A DNA stretch of 64,000 bases from positions 5,704,001-5,768,000 of the forward strand of contig NC_043011.1 in the NCBI RefSeq assembly GCF_006345805.1, given 5' to 3'. The notes beneath the pieces were generated by a model that had not been told where the DNA came from, searched no databases, and saw only the letters and a program-made list of their open reading frames with translations. A program made the translations under genes and the position numbers. Of this stretch, positions 1 to 10,985 are shown piece after piece. This DNA comes from Octopus sinensis (lineage: Eukaryota). Numbering within the stretch: the first letter of the stretch is position 1; the number at the start of each line of letters is the position of its first letter.

Positions 1-409
1 TTAAGTAACATTCATGCCTGCCTTGATGGAATTAACAATGGTAATTAAATGAAACGTTTTAAGAAGTTTCCATGTAGTCCATTCTTCTCAATATCATTTC
101 TAATCTAAAACTGATTTCTTTTCAGTGAGCAAAGTACTCCTACAACTGACTCTGTCATCCCCAGTGTATTACAGGTATTTCTTCATATCCTACACTAATT
201 TGCTGAATGTAACATATTCATGTGTTTGTTATACTTTAATATTTATTAGTTAAGTTGACAGAATTGTTACCAAAGCGGAAAAAAGTGCTTAGTGCTATTT
301 CTTCCAACTTTATGTTCTGAGGTCGACTTTGCCTTTCATCATTTCAGGGTCGATAAAATAAGGACCCTCCCCTAAAATTGCTGGTCTTGTGCCAAAATTT
401 GAAACCAAA

Positions 410-600
410 ATTAGCAAAGACGGAAATGGTTTTCAGTTGTGTTTGTTTGTTTGTCCGTGGACGAGATATCTCAAGAACCAATGGATGGATTCAGATGAAA
501 CTTTCAGGGATGTTTGGCCTCATGACTGGCATTAACTGATTAGATTTTGGGATCGATCCAGTACTGGACAAGCATTCTAGATTATTTGTTATATTTACAA
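410..600 (+). mobile_element. Helentron-associated (HINE/DINE-like) fragment
   Basis: GTTTGTTTGTTTGTCCGT..GATATCTCAAGAACCAATGGATGGATTCAGATGAAACTTTCAGG..TTAGATTTTGGGATCGATCC, typical of this class by recall; ends unresolved. Confidence 0.45.
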
Positions 601-853
601 TCTTACGTTCACTTTCAAGACTTTTGCAACTATCTCCCTTTAGGCTGTTTCCAAAGTTTTCATTTCTTTATTAACTTTATTCGTGTTTCTATCGTAGTAG
701 AAACTGATGGATACAAAAATCAAACTACATAAACAAACAGCAGCAAAACCATTTAGAAATTAAATAACACTAACATAGTTTTATAATATATATATTATGC
801 ATACATTTTAAGACTTTACAGTATACTTACATATACACATACATCTATATATC

Positions 854-1147
854 ACGTGACTGACCAGACCATCAGATGTTGCTACACATCGCTGGTCACA
901 ATGCGTTCGCATTGTTTTAGTCTTCAAATGACGCCACCCCGCTGGCTAAGCGAGCAGGCCAACAGAAGAAAGAGTGAGAGAAAGAGTGGTGAAAGAGTAC
1001 AGCAAGGATCACCACCCCCTGCCGGAGCCTCGTGGAGCTTTTAGGTGTTTTCGCTCAATAAACACTCACAACGCCCGGTCTAGGAATCGAAACCGCGATC
1101 CTATGACCGCGAGTCCGCTGCCCTAACCACTAGGCCATTGCGCTTCC
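854..1147 (-). mobile_element. SINE family C, tail type 2
   Basis: tRNA-like head with GGTTTCGATTCC B box; 19-bp TSD ACACATACATCTATATATC (835-853, 1148-1166). Confidence 0.9.
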
Positions 1148-1335
1148 ACACATACATCTATATATCAATCTAAAACAGCAGGAATACTAAAGGAATGCCG
1201 GAATTTAAGAGAAGAGAAAAACCAAAAGATCTCATGCTATTCATTAAAAAATTCCTGAGTAGAACTTGATGTTATTACCTCTGCCTTTGAAACTATTTTG
1301 AATGGTGAATTTGTTAACTTTGGCTTGTATTAGAT

Positions 1336-1719
1336 ACTCTTTTACTTGTTTCAGTCATTTGACTGTGGCCATGCTGGAGCACTGCCTTTAATCGAGCAAC
1401 TCGATCCTGGGACTTATTCTTTTGTAAGCCCAGTACTTATTTAATCGGTCTCTTTTGCCAAACTGCTAAGTAACGGGGACATAAACACACCAGCATCGAT
1501 TGTCAAGCAATGCTAGGGGACAAACACAGGCACACACACACACTCATATATATATACATATATACGACGGGCTTCTTTCAGTTTCCGTCTACCAAATCCA
1601 CTCACAGGGCATTGGTCGGCCCGAGGCTATAGTAGAAGACACTTGCCCAAGGTGCCACGCAGTGGGACTGCACCCGGAACCATGTAGTTGGTAAACAGGC
1701 TACTTACCACACAGCCACT
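1336..1719 (-). mobile_element. SINE family A
   Basis: tRNA-like head GGAGTGGCTGTGTGGTAAG..GGTTCAGTCCC, CORE-like CACCTTGGGCAAGTG, internal (AT)/(GT), tail (GTAAAAGA)n. Confidence 0.9.
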
Positions 1720-2200
1720 ACTGTTACTAAATTTTCTACAGCCACCTTCACCTCGCATGACTACCATTGGGATCAGTCAGGTACCAGACAAGGATTCTGG
1801 ATTATTTTCCTGGTTTTTAACTTAATTGTTGTGAGTGGTCAGGTTCATTTTTAGTATTCTCATTAGTGAAAGCAGTCGAGTTTATTTCAGATATTCTCAT
1901 TTTAAAAATCCTCTCTGGCTAATCATTGAGAGGACATTGGTGTTGCCTTGGTGGAGGTTTGTGCTCTTTGAGTGCTCTTGTTATTATTACTATTATTATT
2001 ATTATTATCATCATACCAGGCAAAATGCTTAGTGGCATTTCGCTTGTCTTTACGTTCTGGGTTCAAATGATGCCAAGGTCAACTTTGCCTTTCATCCTTT
2101 TGGGGGTCGATAAAATAAGTACCAGTTGTGGACTGGGGCCAATGTAATTGACTTACCCCATCCCCTTAAACTTCAGGCCTTGTGCCTGTAGTAGAATGGA

Positions 2201-2248
<48 letters not shown>

Positions 2249-2519
2249 GGGCAGCGAGCTGGCAGAATGGTTAGCATGCCAGGCAAAATTCTTAGCAACA
2301 TTTCTTGTCTTTATGTTGTGAGTTCAAATTCCACCGAGGTCGACTTTGCCTTTCATTCTTTCGGGGTTGATAAATTAAGTACCAGTTGCATACTGGTGTC
2401 AATCTAATCAACTGGTCCCCTCCCCAAAACTTTCGGGCCTTGTGCCTAGAGTAGAAAAGAATATAATAAAAGTACTGGGGTCGAATTATTTAACCCACAT
2501 TTTAACCTTGTGATTCTAT

Positions 2520-2612
2520 TAAATTTGATGAGAGAAATATAAAGTATTGCTATGGTTGGAGTTAGCTTGCCCATAGCAACCTATATCTTTTCGAAACGGC
2601 TATAAGACTTTA
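2520..2612 (+). ncRNA. Decayed hammerhead with long stem II, Penelope-pLTR-like
   Basis: TTGATGA (2525-2531), extended stem II with perfect 9-bp TTGCTATGG/CCATAGCAA, GAAAC (2593-2597), GGCT loop, ATA triplet; C3 position and stem I mutated. Confidence 0.55.
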
Positions 2613-2941
2613 TACATGTTCCAGACTCTTTATGACTCATTTTACATTCGCTTTATCATCCACTTCATTGATTCAAATTCGAACATTCAGACTTCGCAAG
2701 TACATTTATGGACTTACATTTTTTATGTGTTTATAAATTTTTATATTTGTATGAATTTTTATAAATTTTTGTGTATATGTATGTATTTATAAATTCTTAT
2801 AAATTTTTTATATATCATATAGATGAATGCATCTATGTATGTACTTTGTATACCATGGAGAATTTCGTTAATATGGATTGAATGAATACATCGACCTTTG
2901 AATTTTTCTCTTCTCTTTAATTTTATAAATATATATGTATC

Positions 2942-3111
2942 TATAATACAAATAAGAAAATGGAGAAACAATTTAGTTGGTTCATCAGCTTTAGGATATT
3001 AGAATGTTGCCTTATTTGTTCTCGTTTTGTTAAATAAATAAGGCAACATTCTAATATCCGAAAGCTGATAAACCAACTAAATTGTTTCTCCATTTTCTTA
3101 CTTGTATTATA
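2942..3111. repeat. Long palindrome, 76-bp arms, 18-nt loop
   Basis: 2942-3017 is the reverse complement of 3036-3111 with three mismatches seen. Confidence 0.93.
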
Positions 3112-3234
3112 AATTAATGCTAAAATATTTCTTTACCTTCACCCATTTAATACCCAATTTGGATATTATACCAACAGTATATTTGATAAATATTATCCCT
3201 TAGTGGGTTTGATCCACACCCCTAACTTACTTGG

Positions 3235-3270
<36 letters not shown>

Positions 3271-3609
3271 TTTATCTTTTTCAAGCTGCTACAGTTTGAG
3301 AAAATTTTTGACTGCTGTTTCAGGAAGGTTCAGCAACTCAGTAGAAGCTTTTTCATTAGCTAACATTGTGTGTGTATGAATGTGTGGAGAGGAAGATTGT
3401 CATACTTTATCAAGCATCCTGAATGCATAGTGTGTGTGTGTGTGTGCAAGTGTAAAATATTTAAGCAGGGAGTGACCGTCTTAAAAATAACAACATAGAA
3501 CCATATAATGTATATATTATACACAAATCACATAACATATATATAATGGTAGTAAATTGGAGGAATATGTTGGAATGGTTGTGCCAGCATGTTCCTCTGT
3601 TTACTGCCA

Positions 3610-3648
3610 TTAGATGGTGTATTTCTGTGTTGATCTCAAAGCCTCCAT
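3610..3648 (-). CDS. Candidate last exon: MEALRSTQKYTI*
   Basis: Acceptor ATATTTTTACAG, phase 0; would follow the 5342-5410 exon if TGG|GTATGA is used as donor. Signals only. Confidence 0.3.
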   Translation of the reverse strand: MEALRSTQKYTI

Positions 3649-4369
3649 CTGTAAAAATATCATTTTTGCTGAAGGAATAAAATTGTTGAAGTCACATTTT
3701 TTTCCATTTTTATAGAAAATTTACAGCAGGAGACCTATTTAATTTTTTTTTTTTAATTTATTTCATAATTGCATCATGAAAGAACCATTTTAACCATATT
3801 AAAAAAAATATATGCAAACTTTATTAAATTTGCTTTCCATTTATTTCTTGGTATCAAAATTCAAAATTTTCCTCAGACAAATTGTGTCATGGACCAATGG
3901 GATGAAAATTTCTGACACTTACAGAAAATTAAATGTAAAAGAATTTAAAAATTTCTTTCTGTGTGTTGTCTTAAATGTTTAAAATAGTTCTTCCATGATG
4001 TAATTCCTTCCGTTTTAAACACTCTCAGATCAACTCACTTGCCACACAAGTACAACTCTCAAGTTTGTTTTATTTTATTAAAATTTATTTTAAAAAGTTA
4101 AAAACTGACATTTGTGTAAATGTATTATGCATGTGTGTGTATATATGTAAGCAATAGGTGTATAACATTACAGATGCATACATGGGTGACTATATATTGG
4201 TGAGTAAATGTATGTATAATGTATTTCGAGTCCTTTTGTCCATTTTTGACATTGCTGCTAAGGCAATGATGTGTTTTTGTATGTCTGTATTTGATAGCAT
4301 AAAAGACTCACGGATATATTGAACTAAGCCCAATTCCAGCCGTACAAATTGAGTTTTCCATTGCATTAA

Positions 4370-4948
4370 CCCTTTCTGCATTCAAATTCCTCTGTCAAAT
4401 ATAATCCTTATTTATTCATTGTTTTGAATTAATCCTGCGTTATCTCGTAGCCTCAAAATTTTAATGATGTGATTATTTTTAGGGTAAGTGTAAGGGGCCA
4501 AATCTGGCCTATTTGAACCTAAAGCAGAATATTTGGAATGATTATAGCGCTCAAGCCCCGTGCTAGTAGGGTGCTAAGAGCACCATCTGAGCGTGATCGT
4601 TGCCAGAGCGGCTATTTGGCCTCCATGCCGGTGGCACGTAAAAGACACCATTCGAGCGTGATCATTACCAGCATCGCTTTACTGGCACCTGTGCCGGTGG
4701 CATGTGTAAAAGATTTGAGCGAGGTCATTGCCAGTACCGCCTGACTGGCCCCCATGCAGGTGGCATGTAAAAGCACCCACTACACTCTCGGAGTGGTTGG
4801 CATTAGGAAGGGCATCCAGCTGTAGAAACTCTGCCAGATTAAGATTGAAGCCTGGTGCAGCCATCTGGTTCGCCAGCCCTCAGTCATTCATCCAACCCAT
4901 GCTAGCATGGAAAGCGGATGTTAAACGATGATGATGGCTGATTAAGGG
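4370..4948. mobile_element. TTAA-CCCTT MITE with nested family-D retroposon
   Basis: TTAA at 4366-4369 and 4949-4952, CCCTT/AAGGG ends; homologous to copies at 13325-14427 and 63695-64000. Confidence 0.7.
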
Positions 4949-5335
4949 TTAAAGTATGTATTGCAGGCTTGACTAAGCATAAAGGAGATTTAAAAGAAAT
5001 TTTTTTTTTTTTAAGGGAAACGTGTGTCTCACATTCCATCAAATACAATATGTATATGCATGTGTTTATGTAAGTATATATATGTTTATGCGCGTGAAGG
5101 AAAAACGAAGAGCAAGCAAGGTTTTAAGGACCTGCGTGTTGCTGGCAACAATACAGATGAGAAAATTATACAAAAATTATAAAAATTAAAAAAAGAAAAA
5201 GCAACATGCTGAAAGGAAGATGCAGTTTTAGAGAGGAGAAAGGATTGAATGCTAGGCAAAGACAACATTTTGGCCAGGCTGAATTCACCATTTACAAACA
5301 GATAAAAGAGGTTCATGCTTTGTGGAGGATTGTGT

Positions 5336-5410
5336 TCATACCCACTGGCCCTTCGGATAGACAACTTCCATATCATAATTTGGAGTTTTATTACTGCCAT
5401 CTTGCATAGA
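5336..5410 (-). CDS. PLEKHA1/2: Candidate C-terminal exon: SMQDGSNKTPNYDMEVVYPKGQWV* (or internal exon ending at W via donor GTATGA)
   Basis: Strong acceptor TTCTGTTTTCTCTTTTCAG, phase 0 compatible, open to TGA at 5336-5338; no recognisable homology, so support is splice signals only. Confidence 0.6.
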   Translation of the reverse strand, partial: SMQDGSNKTPNYDMEVVYPKGQWV

Positions 5411-5590
5411 CTGAAAAGAGAAAACAGAAGGGATTTACTGTACAATAAACATTAACAGAATTGCATTGTTAGTTGTTAATCTGTATGTTTGATGCAACCA
5501 CTTGCTGGGACACATGCAGTGCCCTAGGGCCAGTGAAGGTTAAGAGATGTTGATAAACTGAAAGCTTACAGTAAAGAAATACCTCCATAT

Positions 5591-5966
5591 ACTCTTTTGT
5601 CATTTGACTGCGGCCATGCTGGAGCACCGCCTTTAGTCGAGTAAATCGACCCAGGGACTTATTCTTTGTAAGCCCAGTACTTATTCTATTGGTTTCTTTT
5701 TTGTCGAGCCGCTAAGTGACGGGGACGTAAACACACCAGCATCGGTTGTCAAGCAATGCTAGGGGGACAAACACACACACACATATATATATATACATAT
5801 ATACGATAGGCTTCTTTCAGTTTCCGTCCACCAAATCCACTCACAAGGCATTGGTCGGCCTGGGGCTATAGCAGAAGACACTTGCCCGTGATGCCACGCA
5901 GTGGAACTCAACCCGGAACCATGTGGTTGGTAAGCAAGCTACTTACCACACAGCCACTCCTGCGCC
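5591..5966 (-). mobile_element. SINE family A
   Basis: Same consensus as 1336-1719. Confidence 0.9.
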
Positions 5967-6029
5967 TCCATATCATACAACCCAAATATCTAAATTGATA
6001 GGGTTTTTCTATTAATCATCGTTAAAGTG

Positions 6030-6920
6030 GTGAACTGACAGAATCGTTAGCATGCTAGGAAAAATGCTTAGTGACATTTCATCTGTTTTTACATTCTGGG
6101 TTCAAATTTCGCCGAGGTCAACTTTGCCTTTCATCCTTTCAGGGTCGATAAATTAAGTACCAGTGAAATACTGGAGTTGATGTGATTGACTTAACCCCTC
6201 CCCCAAAATTTCAGGCCTTGTGCCTATTGTAGAAAGGATGATTATTATTATTATTATTATTATTATTAAGGCAGTGAGCTGGCAGAATTGCTAGCATGCC
6301 AGGCGAAATGTTTAGTGGTATTTTGTCTGCTGCTATCTTCTGAGTTCAAATTTCACCGGGGCCGATAAATTAAGTACCAGTTGCGTACTAGGCTGGATGT
6401 AGTTGACTTACCCCTTCCCCTTAGACTTCAGGCCTTGTCCCTTTAGTAGAAAGGATTATTATTGTGCTGAACTGACAGAATCATTAGCTTTTCATCTATC
6501 TTTACATTCTCCGTTCAAATTCCTCCAAGATCAACTTTACCAGTCATCCTTTTGGGCTCGATAAAATAAGTAGCAGTTGAACAATGGGGGTTGATGTAAT
6601 CGACTTGGCCCCGCCCCTGAAATTGCTGGTTTTGTGCCAAAATTTGAAGCGGTGAGCCGGCAGAACCATTAGCACAGTGGGTAAAATGCTAAACAGCCAT
6701 CTGTCTGTCTTTACATTCTGAGTTCAAATTCTGCCAAGGTTGATAAAATAAGTCCCTGTTGACTCTACCCTGCCCTGAAATTGCTGGCCTTGAGCCAAAA
6801 TTTCAAATGATTATTATCTAAGGCAACAAGCTGGCAGAATCAATAACACGCTGGACACGATGCCTAGCAGCATTTCTTTCAACTTTATATTCAGAATTCA
6901 AATTCAAAGGTCAGCTTTGA
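6030..6920 (+). mobile_element. Chain of about five SINE-B copies separated by (ATT)n
   Basis: Repeated GGYGAGCTGGCAGAA..TTCTGAGTTCAAATTC..GTCRACTTTGCCTTTCATCC..GCCTTGTG units; more than 25 SINE-B copies or fragments occur across the window. Confidence 0.85.
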
Positions 6921-7073
6921 CAGTTTTTTATTGGGACTGGATCCAGAACCATGTGGTTGGGAAGCAAACCTCTTACCCCATGCCCACACTTGCACCTGTC
7001 AATGAAATAAGCACAAGTCTGGAGCACTGGCATCAATGCCACTGTCCACCTCAAATTTCAGGCTTCGTCCTTA

Positions 7074-7358
7074 TCTTTTAAAGTAGCGTGTGTGAGACTC
7101 TGTCTCCTCTGATTTAGATTCCTAACTACTCCCACATTTTGCGGTGCAGTTTAACCAAAAGCGGGTATCTTATAGTCGTCATTCATATCGAGCCCTTCTG
7201 GGTATTAGCGTGTGTCTACGATTTAAAAAAAAATTTACCATCATTTTTCCGCATTTTGAATGATTTTTGCCCGGGTTATATAAGGGAAGTAACTCTCTAA
7301 AAATGCTTATATAGTTATTTCCCTTACAAACCCGAGCAACGCCGGGCGATACTGCTAG
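7074..7358 (+). mobile_element. Non-autonomous Helitron nested in a SINE-B tail
   Basis: A|TC start, CCCGAGCAACGCCGGG hairpin and CTAG|T end, no TSD; flanks rejoin as the SINE-B tail (ggcttcgtcctta|ttgtagaaa); body shared with 57651-58038. Confidence 0.8.
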
Positions 7359-8090
7359 TTGTAGAAATTATTATTATGATAAACTTGCAGAATCATTAAC
7401 ATGTCAGACAAAATGCTTAGTAATTCTTCCAGTTCTTTACTTTCCAAGTATCAAATCTGTCAAGGTTGACTTGCCCTTCATCCATTCAGGGTTAATAAAA
7501 TAAGGACCACTTGAGTATTGGGGTTTGACATAATAAACCTGACCCTACCCTTTAAAATTGCTGACCCTGAGTCAAACTTACAGCTTCCACCCGCCAAATC
7601 TGCTCACAAGGATTTGGTCGGCTGGGGACTATAAATAGATAACACTTGCTCATGGTTCCACCCAGCAGGACTGAACTCGATAACCACATGGTTGGGAAGC
7701 AGGGCTCCTAACCACACAGCCACACTTACTCTCTTCAGAAATTAATTTAAGTTACCATTTTAAAGACTTGTGTTAAAAGTAAAACAGGAATAATGACCAC
7801 AAGCCAGACGAGGCTGTTAATTTAGTCATGGAAAGCTGAAATAATAAATAAAACATACAAAGAAAAATAAAGTAAAGCAAATTTGTGTTTTGTTGAAATA
7901 AAGAAAAGAGAAACTATTTCCAAAACTGTTTTACGTATTTATTTGCTTCGTCACCATGGGTGGTTGTGTCTGTATTGGTTTGTTGTCAGCTCAGGACTTA
8001 TGATCAAAGACATTCCAACTGCGACCATCCCATCATATTATCAGACATTCAATAATGTAGTCCTAGATATACAAAGTGTCCTTCCTCTTA

Positions 8091-8180
8091 TTATGTAGGG
8101 TGTGGCACTGATGGAGATTTGACTGATATTTCCAATGCACATCTGTGTGTTTGTGGCAAAGACATGTCTATGTTGTCCGT
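8091..8180 (-). CDS. Candidate alternative terminal exon: TDNIDMSLPQTHRCALEISVKSPSVPHPT*
   Basis: Acceptor CTCTGCCCCTACAG, phase 0, in non-repetitive sequence. Signals only. Confidence 0.25.
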   Translation of the reverse strand, partial: TDNIDMSLPQTHRCALEISVKSPSVPHPT

Positions 8181-8806
8181 CTGTAGGGGCAGAGTTTTCT
8201 CACTAATGACTTCACAAACATTTAAATAACAAAATATCCGCTAAATAAACTATTAATTTGTAGAAGATTAGTTCAGGTAGGGGACAGAAGGGAAATAGGT
8301 GGATTGCAGAGAGAGAGAGAGAGAAAATAAGTTGTGTCTTAACTAAATTTCCTGTTAATTGTTAAATAAATTAATAATGATGATGATGATAATGACTGCA
8401 GTTAAGTAATAACTAAATAGTGGTGACAAAATGTTTTTCTTTTCTTTAATCTTTTAGAAGCAGTGGTGGTGATGGTGGATGTGATGATGATGACGACAAT
8501 GAATTGGATAATGAATGATGGAGACGAAGGTAACGATGATAATGGGCATGAATGTGGTGGTAATGATAACTCTGATGATGAATACGGTGATGACGAATGT
8601 GATGCTAATTATGATAATGAAGTGGGGAGAAATGTGGTGATGGCGATGATGAAGGGTGCAAATGCAATGGTGACAGCAGTGGTGGTGGTGGTGGTGTTTG
8701 AAAGAATTAAAAGGAAAGAAGGCAATGAATGTTCCAGATTGTGATTCCACACCAAGAAGTGAATGACTTTGCACAAAAGCAAAACTTGTTTCCACGTCTC
8801 CCTTAA

Positions 8807-9876
8807 CCCTTTCATTACTATATTTCTGACCAAAATACACCCCTTATGTGTTTCAATTAATTTCTAACATAATCATAAATTTAGTCTGGTTTCATTAAAC
8901 AACTATAACTTTATTAACGGGAATTTTGGAAGATAATTTAATGAAATGTTCTCAACCAATTCTATACTATAATTTTTGTCACAAAGTGACTCTAATTGCA
9001 GGTAGATACAGGTAAATTCAACAAAATATAAAATTATAAAAATTTTGTTCAAACATCGCTATAGAAAATGGGTTATTAGCTAATATTCAGTTGGGTATAC
9101 AACAAAATTTTACGATAGAATTTGTTATTCTGGGTAACTTTCTGATACCTATAATAATATTTATGGCAAAATAGTCTTAATTTCATTTAAGGTTGTGGGA
9201 AACCACAAAGTATCCTTTCTTTCGCTTTGTTTACATTTAGCGTAATGGTTCGTTTCCGCCGTAATGATTTCAAATAGGCTCATTCGAAAAAGTAAAAAGA
9301 AATAGTCTAAGGCTTTACTCTTCTGGGAAAGTCTGTGGCTTGGTCCAGTTTCTTCAGAAAAATCACCGAAAGAAACAGTTTTTAAATTTTCACTCCATTC
9401 AGGTGCCAATTCATTTTCTTTATCGCTGTCGGAGCTCTCGGATTCACTGTTTTCACTTTCGGAAAATGAAACATCAGATTCATTATAAAAACCACATGCT
9501 TTTTTTTTTTCAGTCATAGAGTTAGATTTATGAAGGTCTTCAGTAGAAAATCCTTCGAATTCTGACTCGCTGCTTGATATAATGAAATTCGTATCCATTT
9601 TTTGTCAGAATTACAAATTTTGAAAACACAATAGGAACAAATTTCGGAAAAAAATCTCCCAAAATTCACGGAATTACAATTACACTTCGATTTTTGTACA
9701 AAACTGTCGTTGAACACTTTATGAAGTATAATACGTATTTTCACGAATGTACTAAAGAGATTTGCTCTGATATTCTCATTTAAATATGAATAGGTAAATT
9801 CGGGCAGTTTTGGGCGGCTTGGTCACATTAACCAAAATTTTTTCGGGTGGTTTCGGGTGGTTTGGTAACAAAAGGG
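8807..9876 (-). mobile_element. Internally deleted piggyBac-like DNA transposon
   Basis: TTAA at 8803-8806 and 9877-9880; TIRs CCCTTTCATTAC / CCCTTTTGTTAC; minus ORF 9161-9598 resembles the acidic N-terminus and start (TGP..LDYF.LLF..ETN.YA..W.PTT..EI) of PGBD/DDE_Tnp_1_7 transposases. Confidence 0.85.
9161..9598 (-). pseudogene. Truncated piggyBac transposase N-terminal ORF (145 aa, no catalytic core)
   Basis: Uninterrupted ORF in the supplied track, ending well before the DDD catalytic region. Confidence 0.75.
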
Positions 9877-10074
9877 TTAAGAGCACAAACAATTCCTACG
9901 TCTCAGGAATAAAAACAGATTCTACCAAAACTAAGTTTTAAATCAGAAATTCTAAAAGGAATGAACAAGGAGGAAAATGGCAGAACAGCTTCGGTTGGTT
10001 GCTGACTGGAGCAAATAAACAGATGGGGATTGTTTCTTTAGATGACCCCCTACAGCCCTTCGATACCCTTCTTA

Positions 10075-10127
<53 letters not shown>

Positions 10128-10129
10128 GT

Positions 10130-10326
10130 CAGTGGTTTTCAACCAGGGTTCTGCAGAATCTTAGGGTTCCGCAAAAAGTTACAAAACTGCTAAAATCGGC
10201 AGTAATTTTTAAGTCTCCTTTGCAGATATGTGTGCATAAGACTATTAAATTATTGCACAGGGGTTCCTCGAGCCAGTGGAATGTTTCCTTGGGGTTCTGC
10301 TCCAGCAAAAAGTTTGAAAAGCACTG
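10130..10326. mobile_element. hAT-type MITE
   Basis: TIRs CAGTGGTTTTCAA / TTGAAAAGCACTG; 8-bp TSD cactaggt / ccctaggt (7 of 8). Confidence 0.85.
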
Positions 10327-10387
10327 CCCTAGGTTATGTGTTTTGATGGATTGATAAATGGCAGTGGTGCCTAAAAAGTTGTCTTAC

Positions 10388-10468
10388 CTTTCGTTCTTCA
10401 CATTTAATAGTTCTAAGGAGTTTTTGTATAGCATCGATCCAGCTGCTCATGTCTGTTGGAGAATCTGC
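10388..10468 (-). CDS. PLEKHA1/2: PLEKHA1/2-like exon, PH2 C-terminal helix: ADSPTDMSSWIDAIQKLLRTIKCEERK
   Basis: 81 nt, acceptor TTTCGTTCTCAG, donor GTAAGA, phase 0/0; close to TAPP1 ADSPEEMHSWIKAV. Confidence 0.94.
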
Positions 10469-10709
10469 CTGAGAACGAAAATGGAAGAGAGAAATCCACA
10501 TCACATGAAGAAAATATAACACCTTTTTAAGGGTCAGTTGTTGCTGTTTAGCCCTAGGTCAGCCCTGACCAAAAACATTCATGACCATCTGGCCTGCTTT
10601 TCTATGTCTTCAACTACACAGTCCAATGTGCCCCTCCCCACTCAAGATGCTAGAATATGACTTGTGGAGGATTTAGCTACAATTCCTAACAAATCGAGGA
10701 ATCTTGTAA

Positions 10710-10985
10710 AAGATTTCTTGTTGGTTTGTCAATTGTTGTGATGCCAAGAATCAACAGACCAACTTGTAAGTCCTCTATTCTTGTATCAAGGATTACCAAA
10801 ACAATTATTGGTCCTATATTTTGTGGTGCCAGGAACCATGAAGACAATTTGTCAGTCTCATATTCTTGAGGTCCTACACTGTCACCAAACAATTGTTGGT
10901 TCTATATTCTGGTGGTATCAGGAATTACCAAAACAACTTGTTGGTCTTATCTTCTTTTTGCCAGAATAACTAGTTGGTCCTAAAT
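10710..10985. repeat. Degenerate ~38-40-bp minisatellite
   Basis: Recurrent CCAAAACAA.TTGTTGGTC..AT.TT..GTG. Confidence 0.55.

Noticed and set aside
1500-1694. Recurrent MSSNARG..CPRCHAVGLNPEPCGW ORFs in many places
   Set aside because: Antisense translation of SINE family A; the recurrence reflects the repeat, not a gene family.
2975-2995. CTGATGA within the palindrome arm
   Set aside because: No stem II or downstream GAAA; not a hammerhead.
5086-5445. 119-aa minus ORF overlapping the candidate terminal exon
   Set aside because: Different frame from the spliced phase-0 reading; runs through the polypyrimidine tract and has low-complexity composition.
8454-8840. Acidic and poly-His ORFs (also 45929-46773)
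   Set aside because: GAT/GGT trinucleotide low complexity; no splice context or domain signal.
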